From: Eledone cirrhosa
Taxonomy: Eukaryota
Direction of reading: 5' to 3'
NCBI GenBank assembly: GCA_964016885.1
Contig: OZ024740.1
Span: 147,126,001 to 147,190,000, forward strand
DNA: 64,000 nucleotides
Part shown: in pieces, positions 44,721-57,962 of the stretch
How the letters are laid out: every line of letters begins with the position of its first letter
How positions within the stretch are numbered: position 1 is the stretch's first letter
Program-made: the position numbers and the translations under genes
The notes under the pieces: model-generated
What the model was told of the DNA's origin: nothing
The model's input: only the letters and a program-made list of their open reading frames with translations
Databases searched by the model: none

Positions 44721-46466
44721 GGTTTAGCGTCCGTGTTCCACGCTTGCATGGGTTTGGACGGGGGTTTTCCCACTTGAGGCAAGAGTGGTTGTCTTGCTCG
44801 CATAGGACTGTCTGGCGGGTTTTCTACAGTTGGATGCCCTTCCTAACACCAACCACATTTACAGTGTGGGGCTGGGAGGTTTTTACCGTATTGCCTACAC
44901 GGCCACATTACAGCGTGGACTGTCTGGCGGGTTTTCTACAGCTGGATGCCCTTCCTGACACCAACCACATTTACAGTGTGGGGCTGGGAGGTTTTTACCG
45001 TGTTGCCTACATGGCCACATTTACAGCGTGGACTGTGTGTTTTTTTGTCGTGACACCTACACGATCTCATTTGTTTCGGCCTGGATGTTGTGGGACCAAC
45101 ATAACTGTACATTGAAAGGGGCGGTGTGGATGGGGTGGAGGTGGTGGGACGGGGGGGTGTTTTGATAGAGATGCCTACTGACTGTAGTAGGTTTTTACTT
45201 TGTATTTAGGTAAGGCGGGTCTTCTCTATTACTGAGTACCGCCAAAGGTCTCGGTCCAGTGACATTGTCTTGGAGAGGTGTAAGCGTGTGAGGTCGGAAT
45301 TCATCAGCTCGTCCCATGTTTTTCTGGGTCTGCCTACTCCGTGGCTACCGTCTATCTTTATTGCCCTACACTTTGTTATACAGCTGTCGTCTTTCATGCG
45401 CATCACGTGACCGTACCAACGTAGCCTTCTCTCGAGTAAACAGCATCTGATCCCTCTTATTTCTAATTTTTTTCCTTAGTTTGTTTATGCTTTGCCGTTC
45501 ACGTATATTACTATTGCACATCCAGCGGAGCATGCAAGCTTCGTTCCTCTCTAGTCTGCGTATATCCTCTGCACACAATGCCCAGGTCTCACTGCCATGC
45601 AGCATTGCTGTTCGTATGCAGGCATCGTATAACCTGCCTTTCATTTTTAGGGAGAACCCTCTAGCGGCTAATAGTGGTATAAGCTCTCTGAACTTTTTCC
45701 ATCCAGTTCTGACTCTAGCTACTGTACTTTCAGAGCACCCTCCCCCACTGCTGATTTTGTCACCCAGGTAACGGAAGCTGTCCACTATTTCTATAGAACC
45801 CTCTGCGCAGTTGAAGGAGCTAGTATTTTGTGGGCACTTGCTGCTACTTATTGCACCAGAGCACCGGCCACATGTAAAATCTATGTTCTTAGTTAGCTTA
45901 CCTGTGATCCCACTACATCTTTTATGCACCCATACTTTGCATTTGGGACATAAAATGGAGTTTCTACCTACGCCTTTCCTACACACTGAGCATGGCCATT
46001 TCCCAGATGGGACTGCCGCCATATTTTCTTTCCTACAAACTAGAACTTTTGTCTTAGCCAGGTTAATTTTAAGGCCTTTTGATTCTAGGCCGTGCTTCCA
46101 TGTTTGGAATTTCTTCTCTAGTTCGGTCATTGATTCAGCTATGAGCGTTAGATCATCTGCGTATAGGAGTTCCCATGGGCAGCCGGTCTTGAACTCCTCT
46201 GTTATAGCCTGAAGGGCAATAATAAATAGTAGGGGGCTAAGAACAGAGCCCTGATGGACACCAACTTTTACGCTAAACTCTTCACTATATTCGTTGTTAA
46301 TTCTAACCTTACTGACTGTTTCTTTATACATGGCTTGTATAGCTCTCACAAGCCATTCGTCAACACCTAGTTTTCTAAGAGCCCACCAGATAATGGAACG
46401 GGGGACTCTGTCGAAGGCTTTCTCCAAGTCGACGAAAGCTAAGTATAGGGGTTTACTTTTAGCCAT
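44689..46466 (-). mobile_element. RTE LINE, 5'-truncated (subfamily A)
   Basis: KSKPLYLAFVDLEKAFDRVP..HQGSVLSP..LYADD..PHD..RYLG, (CAT)n tail, 5' end at (TA)n. Confidence 0.92.
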
Positions 46467-46519
<53 letters not shown>

Positions 46520-46990
46520 ATATATATAAATATAATATATATATAATATATATATATAATATATATATAATATATATATATAATATATATATAATATATA
46601 TATACATATAATATATATATATATATAATATATAATATATATATAATATATATATATAATATATATATAATATATATATATATATAATATATATATATAT
46701 ATAATATATAATATATATAATATATAATATATAATATATATATATATTATATATAATATATATATAATATATATATATATTATATATAATATATATATAA
46801 TATATATATAATATATATATAATATATATATATAATATATATATATAATATATATATATATAATATATATATATAATATATATATATAATATATATATAA
46901 TATATATATATAACATGTCTATCGAGCACTCTTATTCGATATGTGTATTCCACATATGGAATTTTGAATTGTTATTATCAATAAATATAC

Positions 46991-47133
46991 TTCATTATTT
47001 CTGAAGACAGCATATATATGTGTTGGTATGTATATTCTCTTTGATAGTTTGTATAATTTTGTACATAGATCTTTTGAATATGCATGCCAATTCTAACACA
47101 TATATGTCCTAGAAACGATCGTTAAATAATGAA
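46991..47133 (+). ncRNA. Type-I hammerhead motif with ~100-nt stem II
   Basis: UUCAUUAUUU-CUGAAGA-[..AUAUAUGUGUUGG...CUAACACAUAUAUG..]-GAAA-CGAUC-GUU-AAAUAAUGAA. Perfect 10-bp stem I; palindromic stem III ACGAUCGU. Confidence 0.7.
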
Positions 47134-47287
47134 CTTTTTTTGTTTAATATAAGGAACTGTTTCATTGTTTTATTCATTATTTTTTTAATATTTTATATAA
47201 TATATATATAATATATATATATAATATATATATATAATATATATATATATAATATATATATATAATATATATATAATATATATATAT

Positions 47288-47797
47288 AACATGTCTATCG
47301 AGCACTCTTATTCGATATGTGTATTCCACATTCTCGATTATCTTTCGCGAATATAGAGGTTATCTCCCTTGCTAGACTCCATGTGCGTTTAGTTATAGTT
47401 AATTTCTTCATTCGTCGGACAATGGCCCGTTGATAAAGTTATTCCGGTCCCTCTTCTCCCTAGAAGTCTTATATATTTTTATGTGGGCTGATAGGGGGCG
47501 GATTAAGGAATAGTAGAAACCCAAGAAGCTAGATTTACCACCTTTCTAGTGGGTCCGGGTAAGTTTTTTACATTCATATGATTTATTGATTTATTGATAT
47601 TTTATCTGAGTGACCCGAATCTTCCTGGTCGTAATTTTTCGGCTGCTTGGGTGATTTTAGGCATAATCTTTGTGTGTTGGTATCTTAACGATAGTTATAG
47701 CTCTGATTTATCTGAATTATTGAGCCCTCTGCCACTCATGTCGGATTTTGTTTATCGTAAATTCGTGAGCTGATTTTCCGATACTCGATTATTCTAT
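47288..47797 (-). repeat. Diverged inverted copy of the 41006-41530 element
   Basis: Shared blocks such as ACCCGGACCCACTAGA, GCAGAGGGCTCAATAATTCAGAT and CACATATCGAAT.AGAGTGCTC.ATAGACATGTT. Confidence 0.75.
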
Positions 47798-47917
47798 TAT
47801 ATAATATATATATATATATATAATATAATATATATAATATATATATATATATATATAATATATATATATATAATATAATATATATAATATATATAATATA
47901 TATATATAATATATATA

Positions 47918-48632
47918 TGTGAAGAGCCATTATGAAAGATTACTAAATGAGGAGAATGCATAGGAGAAAGATACCCTACCCCAAGTGGACCCTATAGAGG
48001 GGCCAGCAGTACAAGTCAGCAGCAGCATAGTAAGTAAGGCAATTAAAGATATGAAGACTGGGAAGGCAACTGGTCCATCAGGTATAGTTGCTGAGAAGCT
48101 GAAAGCATCTGGATCAGTAGGTCACACCATAACCACACGTATTGTGAGCCAGAGGGTATCATACCAAAGGATTGGTGCAGCAGCATCATTGTCAACTGCT
48201 ACATGGATGAAGGTGATGCACTAGATAAAGGAAACTATAGAGGTATAAAGCTGATGGACCAGGTCATGAAAGTAACGGAAACATTTATAGCGCAGTTGAT
48301 TAGGGACCGGATAAAACTAGATGAGATGCAATTTGGGTTTGTGCCAGGAAAAGGCACCACTGATGCCCTCTTCCTTGTGAGGCAGTTACAAGAAAGTACC
48401 TAGCTAAAAGTAAGCCACTCTTCCTGGCATTTGTTGATCTGGAAAAAGCCTTTGACAGAGTGCCCCATGCTATAATCTGGTGGGCGCTTAGAAAATTAGG
48501 AGTAGATGAATAGCTTTTGAAAGCTGTACAAGCCATGTATAGGGGAGCAGTCAGCAAAATTAGGGTTAACAATGACTATAGCGAGGAATTTAGCATACAG
48601 GTCAGTGTCCACCAGGGCTCTGTTCTTAGCCA
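47918..48632 (+). mobile_element. RTE LINE RT fragment
   Basis: HYERLLNEE, GKATGPSG, MQFGFVPGK, FVDLEKAFD, HQGSVLS. Confidence 0.88.
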
Positions 48633-48686
48633 AGCTCTACCACCTAAAATGGTGGTCTGGATGGTTTTTATCTTGGCACCAGTAAT

Positions 48687-48721
<35 letters not shown>

Positions 48722-49677
48722 GACAGATTAGTTGGCAGTTATATTGTCAAAGAAGTAATTAAGGTGGTGAAAATGGTGAAGTTGCTAGACTGTCATAAAT
48801 AGTGAATGTACTGGAAAAGAACTGTCCAACTCATGTAAGCATGGAAAGGCAAATATAAAATGATGATGATATATATGATGGAATCTCTATTGAGAATCAC
48901 AAATAAACAACCTTCTCATAGAATTAGTATGTAAAATGACTGAATATTCCACAGGCACATGTACCCGAAATGTAATTCTGAAGTAGAATTAGCATGACAC
49001 AATATTTGATAATGCTAAACCTTTTTAAATAAGAGATGCAGTTCATTTGACAGGCTTTACATACAGTTTCCATTCACCCAATTTAACTGATAAGGTTTGG
49101 GTCAACCCAAGGATATAGCAGGCACCAGTCCATGATGTGACTGAAGCTGATGATTCACAGTGAGCTACTTAGAATCTCTTACTATGTGTGATAAAGACTG
49201 AAGAATGAAGATTGTATATGTCTGGATCATTCCCCTTCACTTCATAGAATTTCTCATTATAGTGTAGTGGTGTCACAATCAGATGAGGGCAGAATATAAC
49301 TTGAACCATAGAAATGTGAAGTATACTTCATCCTTTGACTGACAAATTGCAGTCTTTCTGCTTGAACAAAACAGAGCTATATGCCACCACCACTGATCTG
49401 GGGCTATATACATCCCTCTCTTTGAATATATGCTGGTCCATCATAATGTTAACTTCAGGTGCTATTGTTACTCATTTATTCAGCTCTGTAAACTGGAGCT
49501 ATGTGTAATGAAGTGGCTTGCTCAAAGACACTTCCCAGTCCAGTTACTGAACCCACAAACTTATAATTGTGAGCATAATACCCTCACCACTAGTCTATTA
49601 TTATTTTTCCAAAAAACATCTCATTTCATTTGTTTTTCTTTTTTATTTAAGATGCATAAAAAAAAAAAAATCAATAC

Positions 49678-49877
49678 CTTTGCTGTACCAATATCCAAAA
49701 CATCATATTGATTAAGGCCCTTGTAAATATACATAGGGATATTGAAATGTGTTGAGGTTTTAGTGTAATTTAGTAGCAGTTTGGTTTGAGGTGATGTTAA
49801 CACCATCTGAATTGACTCAGGAAAATCTTCTTGACCATTATGTAAGATATCTACTCTATGATCAGTTTTCATGTGAC
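49678..49877 (-). CDS. Host exon A: ADAM/ADAMTS-like prodomain, N-terminal part
   Basis: Acceptor CTCTTTTTCTTGTTTAG, donor AAG|GTATTG, 200 bp, phase 1-0. Peptide HMKTDHRVDILHNGQEDFPESIQMVLTSPQTKLLLNYTK..NIPMYIY..GTAK. Confidence 0.65.
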
Positions 49878-50289
49878 CTAAACAAGAAAAAGAGCAATCA
49901 TTTGTTAATTATTTAGTTACAATTAGTTAATTATTTAGTTGTAATTAGTTAACATATCAGTATAAAACTCAGTCATACTGAATTACTATGTTCTAATATC
50001 ACTGGAACATTGCTATTGCATTATTTATAGTAGTGCTGGTGTCACAAAATGCACCTAGTACACCCTGTAAAGTGGTGATGGTGCCGGTGTCAGAATTAAA
50101 TCTATGCACCACTCAGTAAAGTGGTAATGTTTGTGCTACACTAAAACACACCCAGTACACACTCTAAAAAGGATGTACTTATTTCACAATAAAATATGCG
50201 CAATACATTCTGTAAAGTAGCTAACAATAGGAAGGGCATCCAACTGTAGAAACCATGCTAAATATGGAATATAAAAACAAAACATAGTT

Positions 50290-50510
50290 CTCTAGCTAAT
50301 CTAATTTCAGACCATGATGACCCACCCAACCCATACCAGTATGTCTCTGACCAATCTAATTTCAGACTATGATTGACCTACTCAACCATGCCAGCATGTC
50401 TCTGATCAATCTAATTTCAGACTATGATTGACCCACCCACCCATGCTAGCATATCCCTGACTAATCTAATTTCAGACCATGGTGACCCACCCAACACATG
50501 CTTGCATGTA
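50290..50510 (+). repeat. ~54-bp tandem repeat (4 copies) in a SINE/RTE tail
   Basis: AATCTAATTTCAGAC(C/T)ATG..GACC occurs four times. Confidence 0.85.
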
Positions 50511-50782
50511 AAACAAGCATAAAATGATGGCAATGGTGATGAGACGCTGTATAAATGATACTTGTATGGAATTATTTTTCCTCAACAAACTTAATTAATC
50601 TCTGTTTTAGGTTCATATTTTATATAATAAATACACAAGATAGATGTACAGTTGATCAAACAACTGAATACTTATCAAAACCAACAGTGAAGCCATGACT
50701 AATAAATAGATACACACTTTAGTTCTCATGCCTAAACGAAAGCTAGATTTGGTAAAATAAAATGATTAACATTATTAAAACC

Positions 50783-50968
50783 AAGGGTGGTGGATTGGCA
50801 GTATCAGTAGAGCATCAACACCATCCTTTGAAGCATAGAGTTATGGCCATTTGCGTTCTGATTTCAAACCCTGCGGAGGTTGGCTTTACCTTTCATCCTT
50901 ATGGGGTCGATAAAATAAGGCACCACTTGGGTAATTGCTGGCCTTGTGCCAAAAGTAGACACAATTAT
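50783..50968 (+). mobile_element. Meta/MESC-like SINE
   Basis: GGTGGATTGGCAGTATC head, CCTTTCATCCTTATGGGGTCGATAAAATAAG domain. Confidence 0.8.
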
Positions 50969-51564
50969 TAAAACTAACTAAAAAGATGAATAACATTGGC
51001 AAAAATGTATATATTGAATCAAAACTATTCTACTTGTTTCAGTCATTTGTCTCGGCCATTACCTTGATCTAGTTGATCATATCAATAGCAGTATTTAATT
51101 TTTTCAAGCCTAGTAAGATTTTTGTTGAACTGCTAAGTTAAGTACAAAGACACGAAACACACACACCACCATCACCCTTTGACGTCTAATTTTCATGCTT
51201 GTATGGACTAGACAGGTTGTCACATATTGAGGTTAGACCAGGCAGATGACTACATCTAGCTCAAAGTTATACTCTTGACATGGTTTCTACTGGATGATCA
51301 TTTTTAAACCTTATCCATTTTAAAACCTAATGTACAGTTTACCATCTCTAGTGGTTTAAATGTTCAACTTGTTCAATTATTTAATATTCAAAACTTGTGA
51401 TATATTAATATATATTCAATATGTATATAATTTGTATATATGTACATGTGTGCACTTCCTTTTATTACCCATCCACACACATTTAAAAATAGCTTCACAG
51501 TCACTGATATATATATATATATATATATAATATAAGATCAAAAGATGGTTAAAGGAGTTCCATG

Positions 51565-51635
51565 TATTTTATTATGCGCATTTCAAAAACAAACATCATC
51601 ATGCAATAATATTTGTGTTTTCATCAGATAAAACA
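51565..51635 (-). ncRNA. Type-I hammerhead motif
   Basis: Minus strand: UGUUUUAU-CUGAUGA-AAACACAAAUAUUAUU..GAUGAUGUUUGUUUUU-GAAA-UGCGC-AUA-AUAAAAUA. Palindromic stem III AUGCGCAU. Confidence 0.72.
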
Positions 51636-51847
51636 GGAGAACATGATATGAAGGCTAAAAAACACTTGGGGATAGTGCAGTTTTAAATCAACATATGAAA
51701 AGTGGTTTTAGATTGATGTGTGATATTGGGAAAAATATTTTATTTAGAGAGGGGGGGGGGAGGATGAAAAAGGGGAGGAGATGAGAGTGAAGGTGGAGAG
51801 GGAGAGATGGGTGATAGAGAGAAAGAGATAGTTTTTATAACTCCTAC

Positions 51848-51913
<66 letters not shown>

Positions 51914-52262
51914 GGAGGCACATGGCTTAGTGGTTAGAGCATTGGCCTTACAATCGAAAGGTTGTGAGTTCAATTCTCAGACTGGATGATGTGTTGTGTC
52001 CTTGAGTAAGACACTTTATTTCAAATTGCTCCAGTTTACTCAGCTGTAGAAATGAGATGATAGGACTGGGGTCCCTATCATTCCACTGCAAAGTGGACGT
52101 GTAGGCGCCACAGCAAAAAAGCACCCAGCACTCACTGTAAATGAGGTTGGTGTTAGGAAGGGCATCCAGCTGTAGAAATCAAGCCAGAATCAGTTCCCGT
52201 CCCACCCTTGCAAGCAGGGAAAAAAGCGGACGTAAAATGAAATGATGAATGATGAAATGATA
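51914..52262 (+). mobile_element. tRNA/CORE-like SINE with RTE tail
   Basis: Homologous to 10570-10880. Confidence 0.85.
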
Positions 52263-52517
52263 TATAAAATATATATGGAACTTCTTTAACCATCTTTTAA
52301 TTTCTTCTTTAATATATACTCCAGTTCTATCAACTGTTGAGTGCTACTTATCTGATATATGCATAGTTTTATTGTTCTATAATATTACTCACCTTCTACA
52401 TATATATATAAAAGGTAAACAGAAATAACACAATCAGTACAGTATATGGCAAGTATATATTAGGTTAACGCTTGATATAGCAGGAAGAGGGTCTTAACAT
52501 TTTATATATATAAATAA

Positions 52518-52550
<33 letters not shown>

Positions 52551-52551
52551 C

Positions 52552-52891
52552 TCAATGATATTTAATAAATGTAAACTATATTTATAAAACCATATTTATT
52601 CTATTATATATATTTCAAGGGCACCAAAACTTTGGTACACTTTCATCAGATAAAATACAAAGTTTGTTTTATAAATTTTGACATAGCCAAGAAAAGATAC
52701 CTTAACGGTTCAAGTTTTTCTTGGATAACTTGAATCGTTAAGGTATCTTTTCTTGACTATGTCAAAATTTATAAAACAAACTTTGTATTTTATCTGATGA
52801 AAGCGTACCAAAGTTTTGGTACCCTTGAAATATATATAATAGAATAAATATGGTTTTATAAATATAGTTTACATTTATTAAATATCATTGA
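52552..52891. mobile_element. 340-bp fold-back palindrome related to the Naiad pseudo-LTR at 42.5/44.4 kb
   Basis: ~165-bp arms with few mismatches. Shares TTTATAAAACCATATTTATT and the hammerhead layout with 42536-42751. Confidence 0.8.
52786..52846 (+). ncRNA. Type-I hammerhead motif (mirror 52597-52657 on minus strand)
   Basis: UAUUUUAU-CUGAUGA-AAG.GUACCAAA GU UUUGGUAC.CUU-GAAA-UAUAU-AUA-AUAGAAUA. Confidence 0.78.
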
Positions 52892-52993
52892 ATATTATAC
52901 TCCAGAAAACTTGTGGAGTGCTCTGAATCAGTTATAAATAAACATTTATATTTGTTGAATTACCAACAAATTGATTATCCCTTTTGCTTATAT

Positions 52994-53373
52994 ATCATCA
53001 TCATCATCATTTTATGTCCGCTTTTCCCTGCTTGCAAGGGTGGGACGGGAACCGATTCTGGCTTGATTTCTACAGCTGGATGCCTTTCCTAACACTCATT
53101 TACAGTGATTGCTGGGTGCTCTTATTCTGTGGCGCCTACATGTCCACTTTACAGTGTGGGCTGGGTGCTTTTTTCCCGTGGCATCTCCACGACCACTTTG
53201 CAGTGGAATGATAGGGACCCCAGTTCTTATCTCATTTCTACAGCTGAGTAAACTGGAGCAATGTGAAATAAAGTGTCTTGCTCAAGGAAACAACACATCA
53301 CCCAGTCTGAGAATTGAACTCACAACCTTTCGATTGCAAGCCCAATGCTGTAACCACTAAGCCATGTGCCTCC
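52994..53373 (-). mobile_element. tRNA/CORE-like SINE with RTE tail
   Basis: Reverse-complement homologue of 51914-52262. Confidence 0.85.
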
Positions 53374-53404
<31 letters not shown>

Positions 53405-54132
53405 TAAACATACATGTACACATATATATATATATATATATATATACGCTGCAAAGCATGGTGTCTGACACTACCGATACTGCCAATCCATTGCCCTGAT
53501 TATTATTATATTCCATGGAAAGTTGGACACACTCCTTCATTCCCCCTATTGTACACCCCCCCCCCCCCATCATAATACTACATTACTATCTAAATCCACC
53601 ACGTTAATCCTCCCTACTCACATTCTTCCTCTGCATCTTACTTGTCCAACTCATGCCAACATGGAAAAGCAGACCCCCCCCCCCCTCATCCATACCAGCA
53701 AACAAAAACAGACACATCTGTCCTCATTCAACTTATGTCAGCATGGAAGCTGGGCTCACTACACTACAATAGCAAGAAGCACCCAGTTCACTCTGTAATG
53801 TGGTAGTACTGGTATCACTCTGTACATACTGGTGTTAGGACAGCATCTTGCTTTAGAAACCAAGCCAAAAACAAAACATTAAACACTGCCAACCGATCTA
53901 TCTAGTTACAGATTGTGACAGCCTGTTTAACCCATACAAGCATGGAAAATAGATATTAAATTGATTATGATGATGATGAATGTACCAATGAGTAGCCACA
54001 ACTACAAGATTCAGAGAGTCTATTATAGCAGGTATATATAAGAGATTATTCAGACAATTAAGCTAATCATCTTATTGCTAATATCAAACAAGGTTTTATT
54101 CAGCTCCAATAAATCCTTGATCACTTCACATG

Positions 54133-54241
<109 letters not shown>

Positions 54242-54460
54242 GCTGCTGAAATCGTAAGAGCTCAGCTGCAGAGGTCCAATATATATATAAAGACACACAC
54301 AGATATGTGCGTGTGCGTGTGTGTGTGTGTATATATATATATATACTTACATACATATACATATATGTGTGTCTTTATATATATATATATATATAAAGAG
54401 TCGGGACCCCAGCAACTGAGCTCTTACCGTTTCAACAGCTAGATATATATATATATATAT

Positions 54461-54792
54461 ATCATCATCATCATCATTTCATTTTTCCCTGCTTGCAAGG
54501 GTGGGACGGAAACTGATTTTGGCTTGATTTCTACAGCTGGATGCCCTTCCTAATACCAACCTCATTTACAGTGAGTGCTGGGTGCTTTTTTCTGTGGCAC
54601 CTCCACAACCACTTTACAGTGGAATGATAGGGACCCCAGTCCCTATCATCTCATTTCTACAGCTGAGTAAACTGGAGCAATGTGAAATAAAGTGTCTTGC
54701 TCAAGGAAACAACACATCACCCGGTCTGAGAATTGAACTCACAACCTTTGGATTGCAAGGCCAATGCTCTAACCACTAAGTCATGTGCCTTC
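54461..54792 (-). mobile_element. tRNA/CORE-like SINE with RTE tail
   Basis: Reverse-complement homologue of 10570-10880. Confidence 0.85.
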
Positions 54793-54944
54793 TTTATATA
54801 TATATATACACATGCGTGTATATGTGTCAAGATATAAACATGCTCATGGCAATGAACTTCAACAGAATCAGTGTCTAATTATATTAGGATCAAATTAATC
54901 ACCTGTCATTGAATGGTGTTGATTAGTATAGATATTGGACTATT

Positions 54945-55027
<83 letters not shown>

Positions 55028-56726
55028 CAATCTTTTGGTGTCAAGGATGATTGTTCTCCATATTTAACATCTGTTGACCCTTATGAAACTATGTGGGTAA
55101 ATGTGAGATCCACAAGCCTGATCAAAGACTGAGTATTTCTTATCTCACAGAAGAAGGGCTGTGTTGCTTGCTTTACACTGCATTCTACACATGAGAAGAG
55201 AGGCTTAATTTGTCACACTGATTTCTACACAAGCAAGGAGCTGTGTTGGTCACTTTACATTGCTTTCTATACCCATGTTTATGGGTGGTTTATGCTGGGT
55301 TGAACTGATAAGTTTCATCATAAATGGCATGTGTCTCTAGTTCTGTTGAACTGTTAAACTCAATCATATATATCCTCTCCACTGTTCAGCACCCCCATAG
55401 ATTGAACTGTCTCTCCTCTGTTCATCTATCATATATGATCTCTCACTGCTGTTAAACCCCACCATAGATGTTCTGTTTCTTTATCTGTATCAAACCGTTA
55501 AACTCTCTCTCTCTCTCTCTCCAGTTATGTTGAATTGTTAAGCTTATCCACAAATGATCTCTCTCCATCTGTATCAAACTGTTAAACTCCATCATAGATG
55601 ACCAGCTTCCAGTGTCTCTCTCTCTCTCTGTGTTTGGAACATAACTGAACAAAAGTTCTTACGTAAAATTATGGTTGGAGGTTTTAGATAAATATGAACA
55701 TTTTAAAACAAGTATAGAACGAGGGACAGTTTCAGGAAGTTTGATATCAGAAGAGTTCTTCTTCACCCTCTTATTCCTAAGAGGGTCGTGGGAGCAGAGT
55801 CCTCAAACACTCCTTCCAGCGGGTCAATGGCTGCAAAGTATACATTGTTAAAAATGTAGGGAAACAAGATCAAGTGGTGTACTGCAGTTTACTGTACTCA
55901 ACTCACAACTTTCTTAATGTATATTTTGCAGAAGTAGATTTTTCGAAGGTGTATATTACGATTATGTATTTAGAATTTTTTTTTAAATGTCATTTTCATT
56001 CGCGGAAATGACTAGATGTCGTTTGTGATTTTAAAACAAAGGATTGCTCAAATTTGTGTTTAAAGATCGATTTCGTATTCAAATTCGAAATGAGACCAAA
56101 TTGATTAAAAATGAAATGAAGTTATATATCACCCAACATTTCCAATATTTTGGTGACATTTTCAACGTTATATAATAACACAGCTGGTGGCTTAATATCC
56201 ATGTTTAATTATATTTAAATAGAAAAAGAAAAAAATGTTAACCTATATTTCAATCATTATAATGAAATATTAAAACGTTTTGATACTAAACCGACTGAAA
56301 CCGCCGGTGTTTCTACAATACAAATCTATTTGTTTTCAAGTGTTATATATTTATCTAAAAAATCTTCCATCATAATTTTATGTAAGGTTTTTTTTTTATT
56401 ATGGTCCAAACATCAGCTTAATAATGACAAACTTAGTTTTCCTCCAAATTCACGATTATTTAAAAATTCATTTGAAAATCATAGATTGGCTTTCATTATA
56501 ATTATGGCAATGAAAGGATTAAAGTGTTTATTTTATATTAAAACTTTTCATTATAATTGTACGTATGTAAGACGCTTTGTTATGTTCCAAACACCTGCTT
56601 AATGATGACAAAATGAGTTATATTACTAAATTCTTCCAAATTGTTGATTATTTATTTCAAACTTCTTCCATTATTTATTTCAAACTTGTCTTCCATTAGA
56701 AATACAATAAAGAAAGGGCTAACAAC

Positions 56727-56992
56727 TGCTTCTCTTCAAAAACCATGTTTGTAAATAATATTTCCTTTTCCCCATTACTTCCTCTAACATGTTTAACATC
56801 AGCTTAATTTCTGTTCTACATTTTGTACAAACACAAATAGTTGAGATTGAGGAGGCAAATGGCCGTCCCGGACTAAAAAAACAATGCTTGCACTGCTTCT
56901 CTTCAAAAAACATGTTTGTAATTCCCCATTACTTCCTCTAACATGTTTAACATGACTTTAATTTCTGTTCTACATTTTGTACAAACACAAAT
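56727..56992 (+). repeat. Imperfect local duplication (~100 bp x2)
   Basis: CTGCTTCTCTTCAAAAA..CATTTTGTACAAACACAAAT at 56727 and 56893. Confidence 0.8.
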
Positions 56993-57282
56993 TTCTTTTT
57001 TTTTTCTCGCCCACTCATACAATTTGAAAATGCATAAAATGCTGAAACCGGTAATTGTTAATTAATAAATAAATTAATTAATTAATGTTATTGATAATAA
57101 ATAAATTAATTAATGTTTTGACACTTCACAGAAAGTAAAATAACTTGTTTTAAACATTTTTTAACCCCGGGAAAAAATATATTTTTCTTCCTAATCATTC
57201 ATACATACATACATGATGGCTGCCTCCTCGTTATCGAGTATGGCCATTGCACGAGGAGAAAAAAATAAATAATAAATAAATA

Positions 57283-57330
<48 letters not shown>

Positions 57331-57448
57331 TATGTATATATACACACATACATATACATATATACACATATATATATATACATACACACATATACATATA
57401 TACACATATATATATATACATACACACATATACATTAATAACAATAAC

Positions 57449-57490
<42 letters not shown>

Positions 57491-57716
57491 GACAACAACA
57501 ATAATGATATACATATATATACACACACACACACACACATACATACATAAACATACCTATACACACACACGCGATAGCAACTAACAGCGCTGCGATCGAA
57601 TGTGGCTTTTTAGCCCAGACAATGATCTAAAATGTCTTGCACAGAGTCGGCAACCAAAACATTCACTGGGAATAGCCGGCCGGCCGACATACATACATAC
57701 ATACATACATACATAC

Positions 57717-57883
57717 ATGGTGGCTGCCAACTCGTTTTCGAGTACGGCCACTACTTTATATCCATGTAGGAGAACCCCTACCGATGCGCTGAACGAGTGT
57801 GACTTTTTAGTCCATCCAGCGACTTGAAAACTCTAGTACAAACACTACACTTGTGACAATTATTGACACATAGTGCTGGGCCC
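57717..57883 (-). mobile_element. LINE 3' end encoding a C2H2 finger, with (TATG)n tail
   Basis: CSVCTRVFKSLDGLKSHTRSAH* then a short UTR and (TATG)n. Duplicate of 57963-58128. Confidence 0.7.
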
Positions 57884-57962
57884 AACATACATACATACAT
57901 ACATACATACATACATACATACATACATACATACATACATACATACATACATACATACATAC

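Noticed and set aside
52385-52500. Possible signal-peptide exon ending in AG|GTGAGT
   Set aside because: The phase-1 frame has a stop and no ATG or clear acceptor; the segment continues a repeat tail.
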